A stretch of DNA of 64,000 bases, from the NCBI GenBank assembly GCA_007134735.1, contig SLKG01000004.1, positions 504 to 64,503 of the forward strand, read 5' to 3'. The position numbers and the translations under genes are program-made. This stretch comes from Kiritimatiellia bacterium (GTDB lineage Bacteria > Verrucomicrobiota > Kiritimatiellia > SLAD01). Of the stretch, positions 37,674 through 46,469 are shown one piece after another (the first letter of the stretch is position 1; each line of letters opens with the position of its first letter). The notes under the pieces are model-generated. The model had not been told where the DNA came from and did not search any database. It worked only from the letters and a program-made list of their open reading frames with translations.

Positions 37674-39251
37674 ATGAAAAAAGTATTAATACCGACGAAA
37701 TTAAATGACATTGCGCGCCGGATGTTGGAGGAACACGGAGCGTATTCGGTGGTTCAGGATGAGGAGCAGGCACTGGACGCGTTGGCGGCCGCTCACCGCG
37801 ATGCCTATGCGCTGATTGTGCGAAGCGAAAAAGTCACGCCGGAGATCATCGACGCGTTGTCCGGGCTGCGGGTGATTATCCGGGCCGGCGCGGGTTATAA
37901 TACGATCGACACAAAATATGCGCGCCAAAAGGGCATAGATGTCATGAATACGCCCGGCGCCAACGCCAATGCGGTGGCCGAGCTGGCGATTGCCATGATG
38001 CTGGCGGATGCGCGTCATCTTGTACAGGCGGATCCGTCCGTACGGTCGGGGGCCTGGGAGAAGAAGAAATTCATGGGTCGCGAATTATCGGGCAAGACGA
38101 TCGGACTCTTGGGACTCGGGGCGATCGGGAAATCGCTGGTCCGGCGTTTGCGTGGATTCGAGATGCGGGTGTTGGGATACGATCCCGTGCTTTCAGAGGA
38201 TCGTGCGCGCGATCTCGGAGTGGAACTGGTCGAGTTACCGGTCCTGTTCGAGGAGAGTGATTATGTGTCGCTGCATATTCCGGAAAATGATCAGACCCGG
38301 CAATTGGTGGATGCGTCGTTACTGGAGCGGATGAAGGACGGCGCCACGCTGATCAATACGGCGCGCGCGGGGGTCATTCACGAGGACGCGTTGCGCACGG
38401 CCCGGAAAAACAAGAAGCTGCGTTTTCTCAACGACGTATATCCCAAGGATGAACCGGGTTCCAAAAGTGTTGAGGATATCGCCGATGTCATGATTCCGCA
38501 TCTCGGAGCCAGCACGGTCGAAGCCAACATCAATGCCGCCCGGCGTTCGGCTGAGCAGTTGATCGAATACGACGACATGGGCATCAGCACCTATGTCGTG
38601 AATCGCGATATTCCCGAGGGGCTGGATGAGGCCTTCGGGGAGCTGTCGTTTACCCTGGCTCGCCTCGCGCGCCAGGTATTGGGGGCCGAGGTCCCGTTGA
38701 AGCTGATCGAAACCAGTTTCTACGGATCGCTAAAGCCCTATTCGAAGTGGCTAGTCTTGCCGATCGTGGCAGCCCTGAACAAGAATTTCGACCGGTCCAT
38801 GGATTACGCCGCCGCGCTTCAGTATTTGAAGGAGATGGGCGTGGAATATATTGATCGCGATACCGACGAAAGCAAGGGGTATGAGAATTCCATCACCCTG
38901 GATCTAATGGGCCATATTTCCCGCGACGAATTTCGTCACGTCAGTGTGCGGGGCACGCTGACCGAAGGAAATCTCATGATTTCACGCATCAACGACTTCG
39001 ATAAATTGTATTTTGAGCCCAAGGGGCATTGCGTACTGTTTACGTATCAGGATCGTCCCGGCGTTCTGGGGCAGATTGCCGCTTGTTTGGCGGAATCCGG
39101 CATAAACATCGACGACGTGCGCAATCCGCATGACTCCAAAGGCGTCCGGTCGTTGGCCCTGTTAAAAATCAACCGGGAGGCGGCGCCGGAACTTGTGGAC
39201 CGGATCGCCCGGGAGATTGAGGCCCATCTCGCATTTCACATTCAGTTCTGA
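37674..39251 (+). CDS. serA: D-3-phosphoglycerate dehydrogenase with C-terminal ACT domain
   Basis: The ATG at 37674 gives MKKVLIPTKL. It has the NAD motif GLLGLGAIGKS, HLGASTVEA, and a long C-terminal regulatory extension (about 525 aa in total). Confidence 0.88.
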   Translation: MKKVLIPTKLNDIARRMLEEHGAYSVVQDEEQALDALAAAHRDAYALIVRSEKVTPEIIDALSGLRVIIRAGAGYNTIDTKYARQKGIDVMNTPGANANAVAELAIAMMLADARHLVQADPSVRSGAWEKKKFMGRELSGKTIGLLGLGAIGKSLVRRLRGFEMRVLGYDPVLSEDRARDLGVELVELPVLFEESDYVSLHIPENDQTRQLVDASLLERMKDGATLINTARAGVIHEDALRTARKNKKLRFLNDVYPKDEPGSKSVEDIADVMIPHLGASTVEANINAARRSAEQLIEYDDMGISTYVVNRDIPEGLDEAFGELSFTLARLARQVLGAEVPLKLIETSFYGSLKPYSKWLVLPIVAALNKNFDRSMDYAAALQYLKEMGVEYIDRDTDESKGYENSITLDLMGHISRDEFRHVSVRGTLTEGNLMISRINDFDKLYFEPKGHCVLFTYQDRPGVLGQIAACLAESGINIDDVRNPHDSKGVRSLALLKINREAAPELVDRIAREIEAHLAFHIQF

Positions 39252-39266
39252 CCCGGATGCCCTGTG

Positions 39267-39295
39267 TTGACGGAAACGTTGTAAGAGATTACATT
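39267..39295 (+). promoter_or_regulatory. sigma70-like promoter upstream of the TPR/ExbBD cluster
   Basis: TTGACG (39267-39272), a 17-nt spacer, then TACATT (39290-39295), about 70 nt upstream of the GTG start at 39365. Confidence 0.4.
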
Positions 39296-39364
39296 AGAAC
39301 ATCAGGCTAGGCATGCGGATACGCTTCATCCGCGTGCGTCCCTGCTTTTCAGAAAGGCGACAAG

Positions 39365-42172
39365 GTGAAAAAAGCTTGTACGTATTTAATTCCGCTCTTG
39401 TCTGCAACGATGTTTTTTGCGCTTCCGGCCGTGCTGGCCATGGATGTGGACGAGGAATTTGAATTTGCCAGGGGATTGGTGGATGAAGGATTGCCGGATT
39501 ATGCGCTTACCGTGATCGACCGTGTGGAAGAGCGTCATCCCGCCGTGCGTGAGCGAGCCATGCTGGCGCGTGCCGAGATCATGATTGCCCGCCGACGTTT
39601 TGATGACGCACAAAAGATGCTCGAGGAATTACCCGCGGACCAGCCTCAGGCGGAAGCCATACGCCTGGCTATCGGGACGGGGTATGCGCGTATCGGCAAT
39701 CTTGCGCGGGCCCGTGAGATCTATGACGATTTCTTTGAGCGATACAGGGACCGCGTACCGGAGGATCCCGATTTGCTGCGCGTATACCAGGAGGCCTCCT
39801 ATGAATACGGGCAGTTGCTGGAGCGTGTGGGAGACCGGGAAGGCGCGGCCCGGGCCTACGAGCGCACGCTGGCGAGCGAACTCCCCGACTCGGGCGCCGA
39901 GCGTCGTCTGATGACCGACCTGGCCCGCCTGTATCTTGCCATTGCGCGCGAGTCGGAGGGCGACAAACGCACAGAGTATCTGGACAAGACCATGGAAATG
40001 GCCGAGGAAATTCAATGGGGGGGGCAGGATCTCTGGTTTGGCCGGTCCATCCCGATCATGGCCTATGTTGAGCTGGAACGGGGCCGTGAAGGCCGGGCCC
40101 GGGAACTGATCCAGGATTTCATGGACGATTTGAGATTGATCGACCGCGCACTTCGGGAACAGGGATTCCCGCGCGCGTTGAGTCCGATGGCCACCGCGCG
40201 CTTTATGCTGGGAGAACTCTACGATAAACAATACCAGCGGTTGCGCGAAGAGGGCGCCCGCGAGAGCGATGTCTTGCGCGCCCTGCAGTCGGCGTTGACC
40301 GAATACTACAATGTATTTGCCCAGTACGGCGCCAGTGAGTGGGGGTCGGCGGCCGGTCTGCGCGGGCAGGAACTGGTGGATCTACTCCGGGATGAATACG
40401 GCCGTACGGTAAACGTGGATTTCGGCGGTTTGCTGGATGATGCCGTCGAGGCGCAATTTCGCATGGCGGACAACCTCTTCCGCCAGGAGAAATACGATGA
40501 CGCGATCCGGGAGTATATCCGGATATTGAATGCCTATCCCGAAGCCGGACCTTCCTTGAACGCCCTTTCCAATGTTCTGCTCGCGTATATGCGCAACGCC
40601 GAGGATCTGTATGTGCGCATGACGGCATCCTATCTCGCGGAACGGTTTGCCGGGCGGGATGTCGTGGGCCGGGCACTATTGGTGGCGGCCAATCATTACC
40701 GCACGGAACGGGAAGACGAGGATATGTACATGTTCCTGTACGAAAAATATCTTGAGGGTTTTCCGGAGCATGACCGCGCCCCGTCCGTGCTTTTCGACCT
40801 GGCCCGGATGCGGGATGCGCAAGGCGACCGCGAGGGCGCCCATGATTTTTACCGGCGCATCATTGAAACGTATCCAAGGCATTCCCGTGCGCTTCAGGCC
40901 CGCTTCGCGCTGGCATGGTCCTATTATCAGCGGGAGCACTATGAGCGCGCCATTGAACATTTTTCGGCGTTTATCGAACAGGCGCCGCCGGGTCATGAAG
41001 CCGTCCGTGCCCAGTTTCTCCTGGCCGACAGCCACCAGCGGGACGGCCGTTACCGGGATGCGATCCGGGGATATAACCGCGTGATTCAAATGGCGGGCGA
41101 TCCACAGTCGTCGCACAATGCCCGTCCACGCGACCTCGAGCGAAACCGTTCGCTGGTGGAACGAGCCTATTTCTTCATCGGATACGGATTGGCCCGCATG
41201 GAAGCGCCGGAAGACCAGCGTCAAAATTTCAGGGAGCGGGCGATATCGGCATACGACACTTTTCTTGAGCGGTATCCGGACTCGGTCCTGGCGCCGCGGG
41301 CCATGTTCGACAAGGGAACCGTACAGCTTGGTTTGGGCGCGTCGCGTGCCGCCACGGATACCTTTGATCAATTGGCAAGCCGGTATCCCGATTCGGAGGA
41401 GGGGCAAAGCGCCTTGTTCGCCCTGGTGACCGCCGCAATTGAGAACGAACTGTACGACATTGCGCGGGAATCGTTTAATCAAATGGTGGCCTCACCCGAA
41501 GCGTATACACCTGAAGAATTCACGCGGGTCGGACAGGCCATGCTGGACGCAGGATTGTACGAAACGGTTATTCCGGCGTATCGGAGGGTGGTGGATACCA
41601 CCGATGACGAAGCCTTGCTGCAAAGAGCCCTGTTCGGCCTGGGACAGGCCTTCCAGGCGCAGGGCGACCATGCTGCGGCGGTTACTCATCTAGAGAGACT
41701 GCTGCGGGATTTCCCCCGTTCCCCGTTTTTCTACGAGGCGAAATTCGTCAAATCGCGTGCGCACAGGGAATTGGAGCAATTTGACCGGGCACAAGAGGAA
41801 CTGGCCGACATTCTGAGATTTTCCCGCGACAACATACAGAATCAGAAAGCCCAGTATGAGCTTGGCCGGCTGCAAAGGCTGATGGGTGAGGATGACCGCG
41901 CGCTGGCGACATTTCTGCGCATTGTCCTGTTGCAGGATCCGACCGATACGGAATTGCGTTCTCTTATCGAGAACAGCGCAATACAAGCCATTGAATTGAG
42001 CATGAAATTGGAGCGCTACGACGAGGTGGAGGATATCTGCGGCCAATACCTGGATTATTTTCCTCAGGGGGAACATGTCGAGTTTGTCCGCGAGCAACGG
42101 CGCATAGGACGCCGGCGTGCGGTGGAAGCCCAAACACGCGAACCGGTCGCGGAGGGAGGGGCGGCCCCTTGA
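39365..42172 (+). CDS. large secreted TPR-repeat protein (935 aa)
   Basis: It has a signal peptide (MKKACTYLIPLLSATMFFALPAVLA). Throughout the sequence there are Ala/Tyr/Arg-rich TPR-like helices and repeated YPDS/YPRH/FPRS turns. Confidence 0.75.
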   Translation: MKKACTYLIPLLSATMFFALPAVLAMDVDEEFEFARGLVDEGLPDYALTVIDRVEERHPAVRERAMLARAEIMIARRRFDDAQKMLEELPADQPQAEAIRLAIGTGYARIGNLARAREIYDDFFERYRDRVPEDPDLLRVYQEASYEYGQLLERVGDREGAARAYERTLASELPDSGAERRLMTDLARLYLAIARESEGDKRTEYLDKTMEMAEEIQWGGQDLWFGRSIPIMAYVELERGREGRARELIQDFMDDLRLIDRALREQGFPRALSPMATARFMLGELYDKQYQRLREEGARESDVLRALQSALTEYYNVFAQYGASEWGSAAGLRGQELVDLLRDEYGRTVNVDFGGLLDDAVEAQFRMADNLFRQEKYDDAIREYIRILNAYPEAGPSLNALSNVLLAYMRNAEDLYVRMTASYLAERFAGRDVVGRALLVAANHYRTEREDEDMYMFLYEKYLEGFPEHDRAPSVLFDLARMRDAQGDREGAHDFYRRIIETYPRHSRALQARFALAWSYYQREHYERAIEHFSAFIEQAPPGHEAVRAQFLLADSHQRDGRYRDAIRGYNRVIQMAGDPQSSHNARPRDLERNRSLVERAYFFIGYGLARMEAPEDQRQNFRERAISAYDTFLERYPDSVLAPRAMFDKGTVQLGLGASRAATDTFDQLASRYPDSEEGQSALFALVTAAIENELYDIARESFNQMVASPEAYTPEEFTRVGQAMLDAGLYETVIPAYRRVVDTTDDEALLQRALFGLGQAFQAQGDHAAAVTHLERLLRDFPRSPFFYEAKFVKSRAHRELEQFDRAQEELADILRFSRDNIQNQKAQYELGRLQRLMGEDDRALATFLRIVLLQDPTDTELRSLIENSAIQAIELSMKLERYDEVEDICGQYLDYFPQGEHVEFVREQRRIGRRRAVEAQTREPVAEGGAAP

Positions 42173-42219
42173 ATCGGTCGTCATAAGAACGGATATTCAG
42201 GCAAGGAAAGGAACATGAC

Positions 42220-43029
42220 ATGATGACAGCGACACACACATGGATGAGAAGAAAGGCCGTCTGGTGCGCCGTGGCCGGGCTGGTCCTGTCCACCGGCCTT
42301 GCCCGGGCCGAACGGCCTTACGTGATCCTTCTGGACGGCACCCGGATTGAAGGCACGGATATTCGCGCCCGGAGCGGAGGCGAAATCGTTCTTACCGAAC
42401 CCCGGGGCACGCGGACCTTCATGCCGGGGCAGTATGAGCGGGCATATGCGCCACGCCCCCCTGAATTCGGCCGGGCGCAGGACATGGTGCAAAACGATCG
42501 TTACGAAGAGGCCATTCCGATATTGGAAGAAATTATCCGCGAACTGAGACACTTGGAGTGGGATAATCGGGCCATGGACCTCATGGCGCGGGCGCGCATG
42601 GGAATGGGCGAATACGATACGGCGGTGAGGACGTATGAGCGGCTTTTCCAGCAGACCCCGCGCATGAAAGAAAATCCGGACGTACTCTGGACGTATTATC
42701 GGGCCATGCTCGGGGCGGGTCAATTGGACCGGCTGGAAACGGAAATGGAGGAGAAGATCAAGGAAGGCAGCCGGGCCGATGCCGGCCGCGCGCAAATCAT
42801 GCGGGGCGATATCAAGCGGGAGCGGGGTCTTTATGAGGAGGCCGTGCTGGACTACATGCGAACGGTTGTCTTCTTTAAAGCACAGCGCGACATACAGCCG
42901 GAGGCGTTGTTCAAGACCGCGGAGGCGTTGGAACGGCTGCGGGACGACCGGGCCCGGGCCATGTTTGAGCGGGTCGTCCGGGAATACCCGGACAGCCGGT
43001 ATGCGGAACAGGCGCGGAGGAAATTATAA
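42220..43029 (+). CDS. secreted TPR-repeat protein (269 aa)
   Basis: It has a signal peptide (RRKAVWCAVAGLVLSTGLARA) and C-terminal TPR-like repeats ending in VVREYPDSRYAEQARRKL. Confidence 0.7.
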   Translation: MMTATHTWMRRKAVWCAVAGLVLSTGLARAERPYVILLDGTRIEGTDIRARSGGEIVLTEPRGTRTFMPGQYERAYAPRPPEFGRAQDMVQNDRYEEAIPILEEIIRELRHLEWDNRAMDLMARARMGMGEYDTAVRTYERLFQQTPRMKENPDVLWTYYRAMLGAGQLDRLETEMEEKIKEGSRADAGRAQIMRGDIKRERGLYEEAVLDYMRTVVFFKAQRDIQPEALFKTAEALERLRDDRARAMFERVVREYPDSRYAEQARRKL

Positions 43030-43149
43030 TTCACTTTATAGGCCAAACCCTCTATACTGTAGGCGATTTGTTGTAGAGGTGTACAGCGGGTCTGAAATCA
43101 TGAAAAACGGTTGCGGTTCATCGATGAATACAAGGAAAAGGAGTTGGTT

Positions 43150-43932
43150 ATGCGCAAGAACCCATGGTGGTTGATTGGTTTGGCGGGAGTGTTCCTGTTT
43201 CAAATGGCGGTCGTGTCTCTGCCGGCGGAAGAAGCGGTTGAAGTGGCGCCCGGTGTCGTGGCGGAGGAGGAAGCCATTCCGGAGGAAACACCGGGTTTTT
43301 TACAGGTTGTGGCGGCGGGCGGACCGGTCGGCGTGATTCTGTGGATCGCCATATTCGCGAGTTCCGTGGCCGGAATCGCGCTGATCGTGGATTCGTTCAT
43401 CACGATTCGGGAAACCAAGATCGCACCGGGAGCGTTGGTGGATCAAGTGCGTGAGGCGATGGAGCAGGGCGACGTCATGAAGGCCTTGAAGCACTGCGAA
43501 GAAGAGCCCGGCCCCCTGTCGAACATATTGAGCGCCGGTTTTTCCAACGTGGAAGAGGGCTTTGAAGCCATCCAGGATTCAGTCGGCGTGGCCGCCGATG
43601 TGGAAAGCGAACAACTGCTTCAGCGGGTAAACTATCTCAATGTGGTCGGCAATCTGTCACCCATGCTCGGGCTGCTCGGTACGGTGCAGGGCATGATCTT
43701 TGCCTTTGCCACGTTGGGAACGCAGGCCGCCGGCGCGGCCCAGCAAGCCATGCTGGCCCTGAACATATCGCAGGCCCTTTATACGACGGCGGCCGGGTTG
43801 GCCGTAGCGGTTCCGGCGATGGCGTTTTTCTATTATTTCAGGAATCGCGCGACAAAAATTATTCTCGGTATGGAAGGTCAGACCATGGACCTGATCAAGG
43901 TATTCCGGAATGTGGAAGTCGTGAACGAATAG
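43150..43932 (+). CDS. exbB: MotA/TolQ/ExbB-family proton channel
   Basis: The ATG at 43150 follows AAAAGGAG. The conserved C-terminal core is VGNLSPMLGLLGTVQGMIFAF...ALYTTAAGLAVAVPA. Confidence 0.88.
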   Translation: MRKNPWWLIGLAGVFLFQMAVVSLPAEEAVEVAPGVVAEEEAIPEETPGFLQVVAAGGPVGVILWIAIFASSVAGIALIVDSFITIRETKIAPGALVDQVREAMEQGDVMKALKHCEEEPGPLSNILSAGFSNVEEGFEAIQDSVGVAADVESEQLLQRVNYLNVVGNLSPMLGLLGTVQGMIFAFATLGTQAAGAAQQAMLALNISQALYTTAAGLAVAVPAMAFFYYFRNRATKIILGMEGQTMDLIKVFRNVEVVNE

Positions 43933-43959
43933 ACACACCGGACGCCGGAGAGTCGAATT

Positions 43960-44391
43960 ATGGCGTACAAGAAAAGAGCAAGAGGCGGCGGGGATAGCAG
44001 CGGTATCAATATGACGCCCATGATTGATATCGTCTTCCAGATGATCATCTTCTTCGTGCTGACCGTGCAGATGGAACGCCAGGCCCTGGATGAGGAGATC
44101 CGCCTGGCCATGTCCCCGCACGGTCCGGCTGTCGAGGAAAGGGACCCGCGCGAAATTACCGTGGACGTCAACAGGCGGGGCAATATATCCATCGGGCGCG
44201 TCGCCTTTTCCGAAGGCATGCTCTACAACGTCATGCGGAAAGCGGTGGCCGAGTACGGGCAGACCACGCCCGTGGTGATCCGGGGGGATATGGATACCCG
44301 CCATGACGATATTCGTCGAGTGATGGATATCTGTACGCGGGCGGGATTGTGGAAAGTGAAATTCGCGGCGGTGAAGGATACGGCCCAGTAA
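43960..44391 (+). CDS. exbD: ExbD/TolR-family protein (copy 1)
   Basis: GINMTPMIDIVFQMIIFFV is the hallmark ExbD TM segment. 143 aa. Confidence 0.88.
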   Translation: MAYKKRARGGGDSSGINMTPMIDIVFQMIIFFVLTVQMERQALDEEIRLAMSPHGPAVEERDPREITVDVNRRGNISIGRVAFSEGMLYNVMRKAVAEYGQTTPVVIRGDMDTRHDDIRRVMDICTRAGLWKVKFAAVKDTAQ

Positions 44392-44419
44392 CGATTGGCC
44401 GAAGAAAGAGGCGATAAGC

Positions 44420-44836
44420 ATGGCCCACAAACGACAGCGCAAAAGAACGGTGATCGGGGATGGGGACCTTTCCATGACCCCCATGATTGATATTGTCTTC
44501 CAACTCCTGATCTATTTCCTGGTTACATTTGAGCCCGTGGATGTCATGGCGCACCTGGATGTGTACCGCCCGGCCCCGGAACAGGAACGCCGGGAGCAAA
44601 TGGAGATGCCCAACGTTCTCCAGATCACGATCTACGAGGATGGGTACACCATGAATGAACGACGGGTGGACCTGGCGGGCATTGAGCGCATGATGGCCCG
44701 CTTGGCGAGTATCGATGAGCGGCAGACGGTCCTCATCATGGTGACGGCGGATTCCCGTCACGAATCGCTGGTGGATGTCCTGGATGTCTGTGCGAAAACC
44801 GGCATGAGGAATTTGTCGGTGGTAAGCATGAATTGA
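44420..44836 (+). CDS. exbD: ExbD/TolR-family protein (copy 2)
   Basis: LSMTPMIDIVFQLLIYFLV. 138 aa. Confidence 0.88.
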   Translation: MAHKRQRKRTVIGDGDLSMTPMIDIVFQLLIYFLVTFEPVDVMAHLDVYRPAPEQERREQMEMPNVLQITIYEDGYTMNERRVDLAGIERMMARLASIDERQTVLIMVTADSRHESLVDVLDVCAKTGMRNLSVVSMN

Positions 44837-44924
44837 AAATGCGTGGAGACGGCGGCGGAGGCCTTGAATCGGCGCGGGTTTCGAGTGTATACTGGACAGG
44901 GATAGCAGACGAGGATCGTAATTT

Positions 44925-46379
44925 ATGAAGTTCTGGAAAAACAAGTATTTGCGAAAACGGATGCTGGAACATCTCTGGGGGCCGACGGGATCGATTATCC
45001 TGCATATTCTTATCCTGTACGCGTTGATTCACCTGGTGGTTTTTGAGGTAAGAGACACGCAGCCCGACGTAGAGGTGCAAATGCGGGAACTGGACGTGGT
45101 GGATATTGATGATCTCCTGGACGAACTCGAACAGGAATTGGAGCCGCTGGATCTGCCCGATGTACCCATTGACGCGCCCGATATGGATTTCGAAATGGAG
45201 GAGCCCGATCCCCAGGATTTTGTTCAGGATGAGCCGGATGTGGACTATGACGCATTGAATATTCTGGACACGGAAAGTTCATTGGTCATGCAAGGGCTTT
45301 TCTCGGGCCGCAGTCCGGAAGGCCGTGCACGGCGTCTCGGTGAATATGGGGGACGCTGGGGCGAACATACGGAAGCCGCCGTGCTTCGCGCCCTGGAATG
45401 GCTGCGGCTCAATCAGAATGATGACGGATCATGGGATCACGGGGCCCGGGCGCCCGCGGCCATGACGGGATTGGGGTTGCTTACTTTCCTGGCACACGGC
45501 GAAACACAGGATTCCCCGCGCTATGGGAGGACGGTACGCCGTGCCATTCAGTACATGATTAATAACCAGCAGGAAGACGGTAATTTCACGGGAACCCGGC
45601 AACATGTTTATGGGCATGCCCTGGCCACCTACGCACTGGCAGAGGCTTTTGCCATGACACGGATTCCGGCGATCAAGCCCGCGATGGACAAGGGCATCAA
45701 GGTCATTATCGACGGTCAACAGCCGGGTGGGGGCTGGGATTACGATTATGCGAAGGGAGATCGCCGGGACACGTCCATAACGGCCTTCAATGTGCAGGCC
45801 TTCAAGGCCGCGCTGTTGGCGGGAAGCGATCACAAAAGCGGCATAGAGCGCTCAATGGCCAAAGCGATTGAGGATCTCAATACGGCATGGGATGCCGATC
45901 GGGGGCATTTCTTTTATACACATTCCCGGTCATGGACAGCTCCCGGATTAACGGCGCTGGCGGTGTTGTGCTATCAGCTGGCGGGACACTCGAGAGATAC
46001 CCCGGCGCGCGGCGGTCTTCGAACAGTACAGGAAGAGCGCGTGGATTGGAATGACCCCGGTCCGTGGGCCATGTATCGCTGGTACTATGTGACGCAGGCG
46101 ATCTTTCACGGAGGGGGCGGTGCGTGGAATGCGTGGAATAACTCATTTGCTCCAGCCTTTATCCAAAACCAAAACGACGATGGAAGCTGGGATTCGCCCA
46201 GCAGACGGCTTCCTTCGGGCACGACGGGTCGTGAAGAACACTACGGACCCGTTTATGCGACAACGTTCGCGGCCTTGTCCCTGCAGGTGTATTACCGGCT
46301 GCTGCCCACCTTTGCCGTTACCGATGAGCCCGAGAAAGAGCCGGAGCCGGAAGAAGAAGTGATCATAGAAATCATCTGA
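44925..46379 (+). CDS. membrane-anchored protein with acidic linker and prenyltransferase/squalene-oxidase-repeat (alpha/alpha-toroid) domain, in the TonB position of the cluster
   Basis: It has an N-terminal TM anchor (GSIILHILILYALIHLVVF) and an Asp/Glu/Pro-rich linker (about 60 aa). Repeats typical of terpenoid-cyclase/prenyltransferase folds follow: QNDDGSWD (twice), QQEDGNFTG and QQPGGGWDY. No TonB C-terminal-like sequence is recognisable. Confidence 0.65.
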   Translation: MKFWKNKYLRKRMLEHLWGPTGSIILHILILYALIHLVVFEVRDTQPDVEVQMRELDVVDIDDLLDELEQELEPLDLPDVPIDAPDMDFEMEEPDPQDFVQDEPDVDYDALNILDTESSLVMQGLFSGRSPEGRARRLGEYGGRWGEHTEAAVLRALEWLRLNQNDDGSWDHGARAPAAMTGLGLLTFLAHGETQDSPRYGRTVRRAIQYMINNQQEDGNFTGTRQHVYGHALATYALAEAFAMTRIPAIKPAMDKGIKVIIDGQQPGGGWDYDYAKGDRRDTSITAFNVQAFKAALLAGSDHKSGIERSMAKAIEDLNTAWDADRGHFFYTHSRSWTAPGLTALAVLCYQLAGHSRDTPARGGLRTVQEERVDWNDPGPWAMYRWYYVTQAIFHGGGGAWNAWNNSFAPAFIQNQNDDGSWDSPSRRLPSGTTGREEHYGPVYATTFAALSLQVYYRLLPTFAVTDEPEKEPEPEEEVIIEII

Positions 46380-46469
46380 CGGCTCACGCGCCGGATGACC
46401 GGCAAGCCCCCGCGGGAAGTTCCCTTTTTTGTGCCGCGTTCCGTATGTCCCGGGCATGCGCGATGCGCG

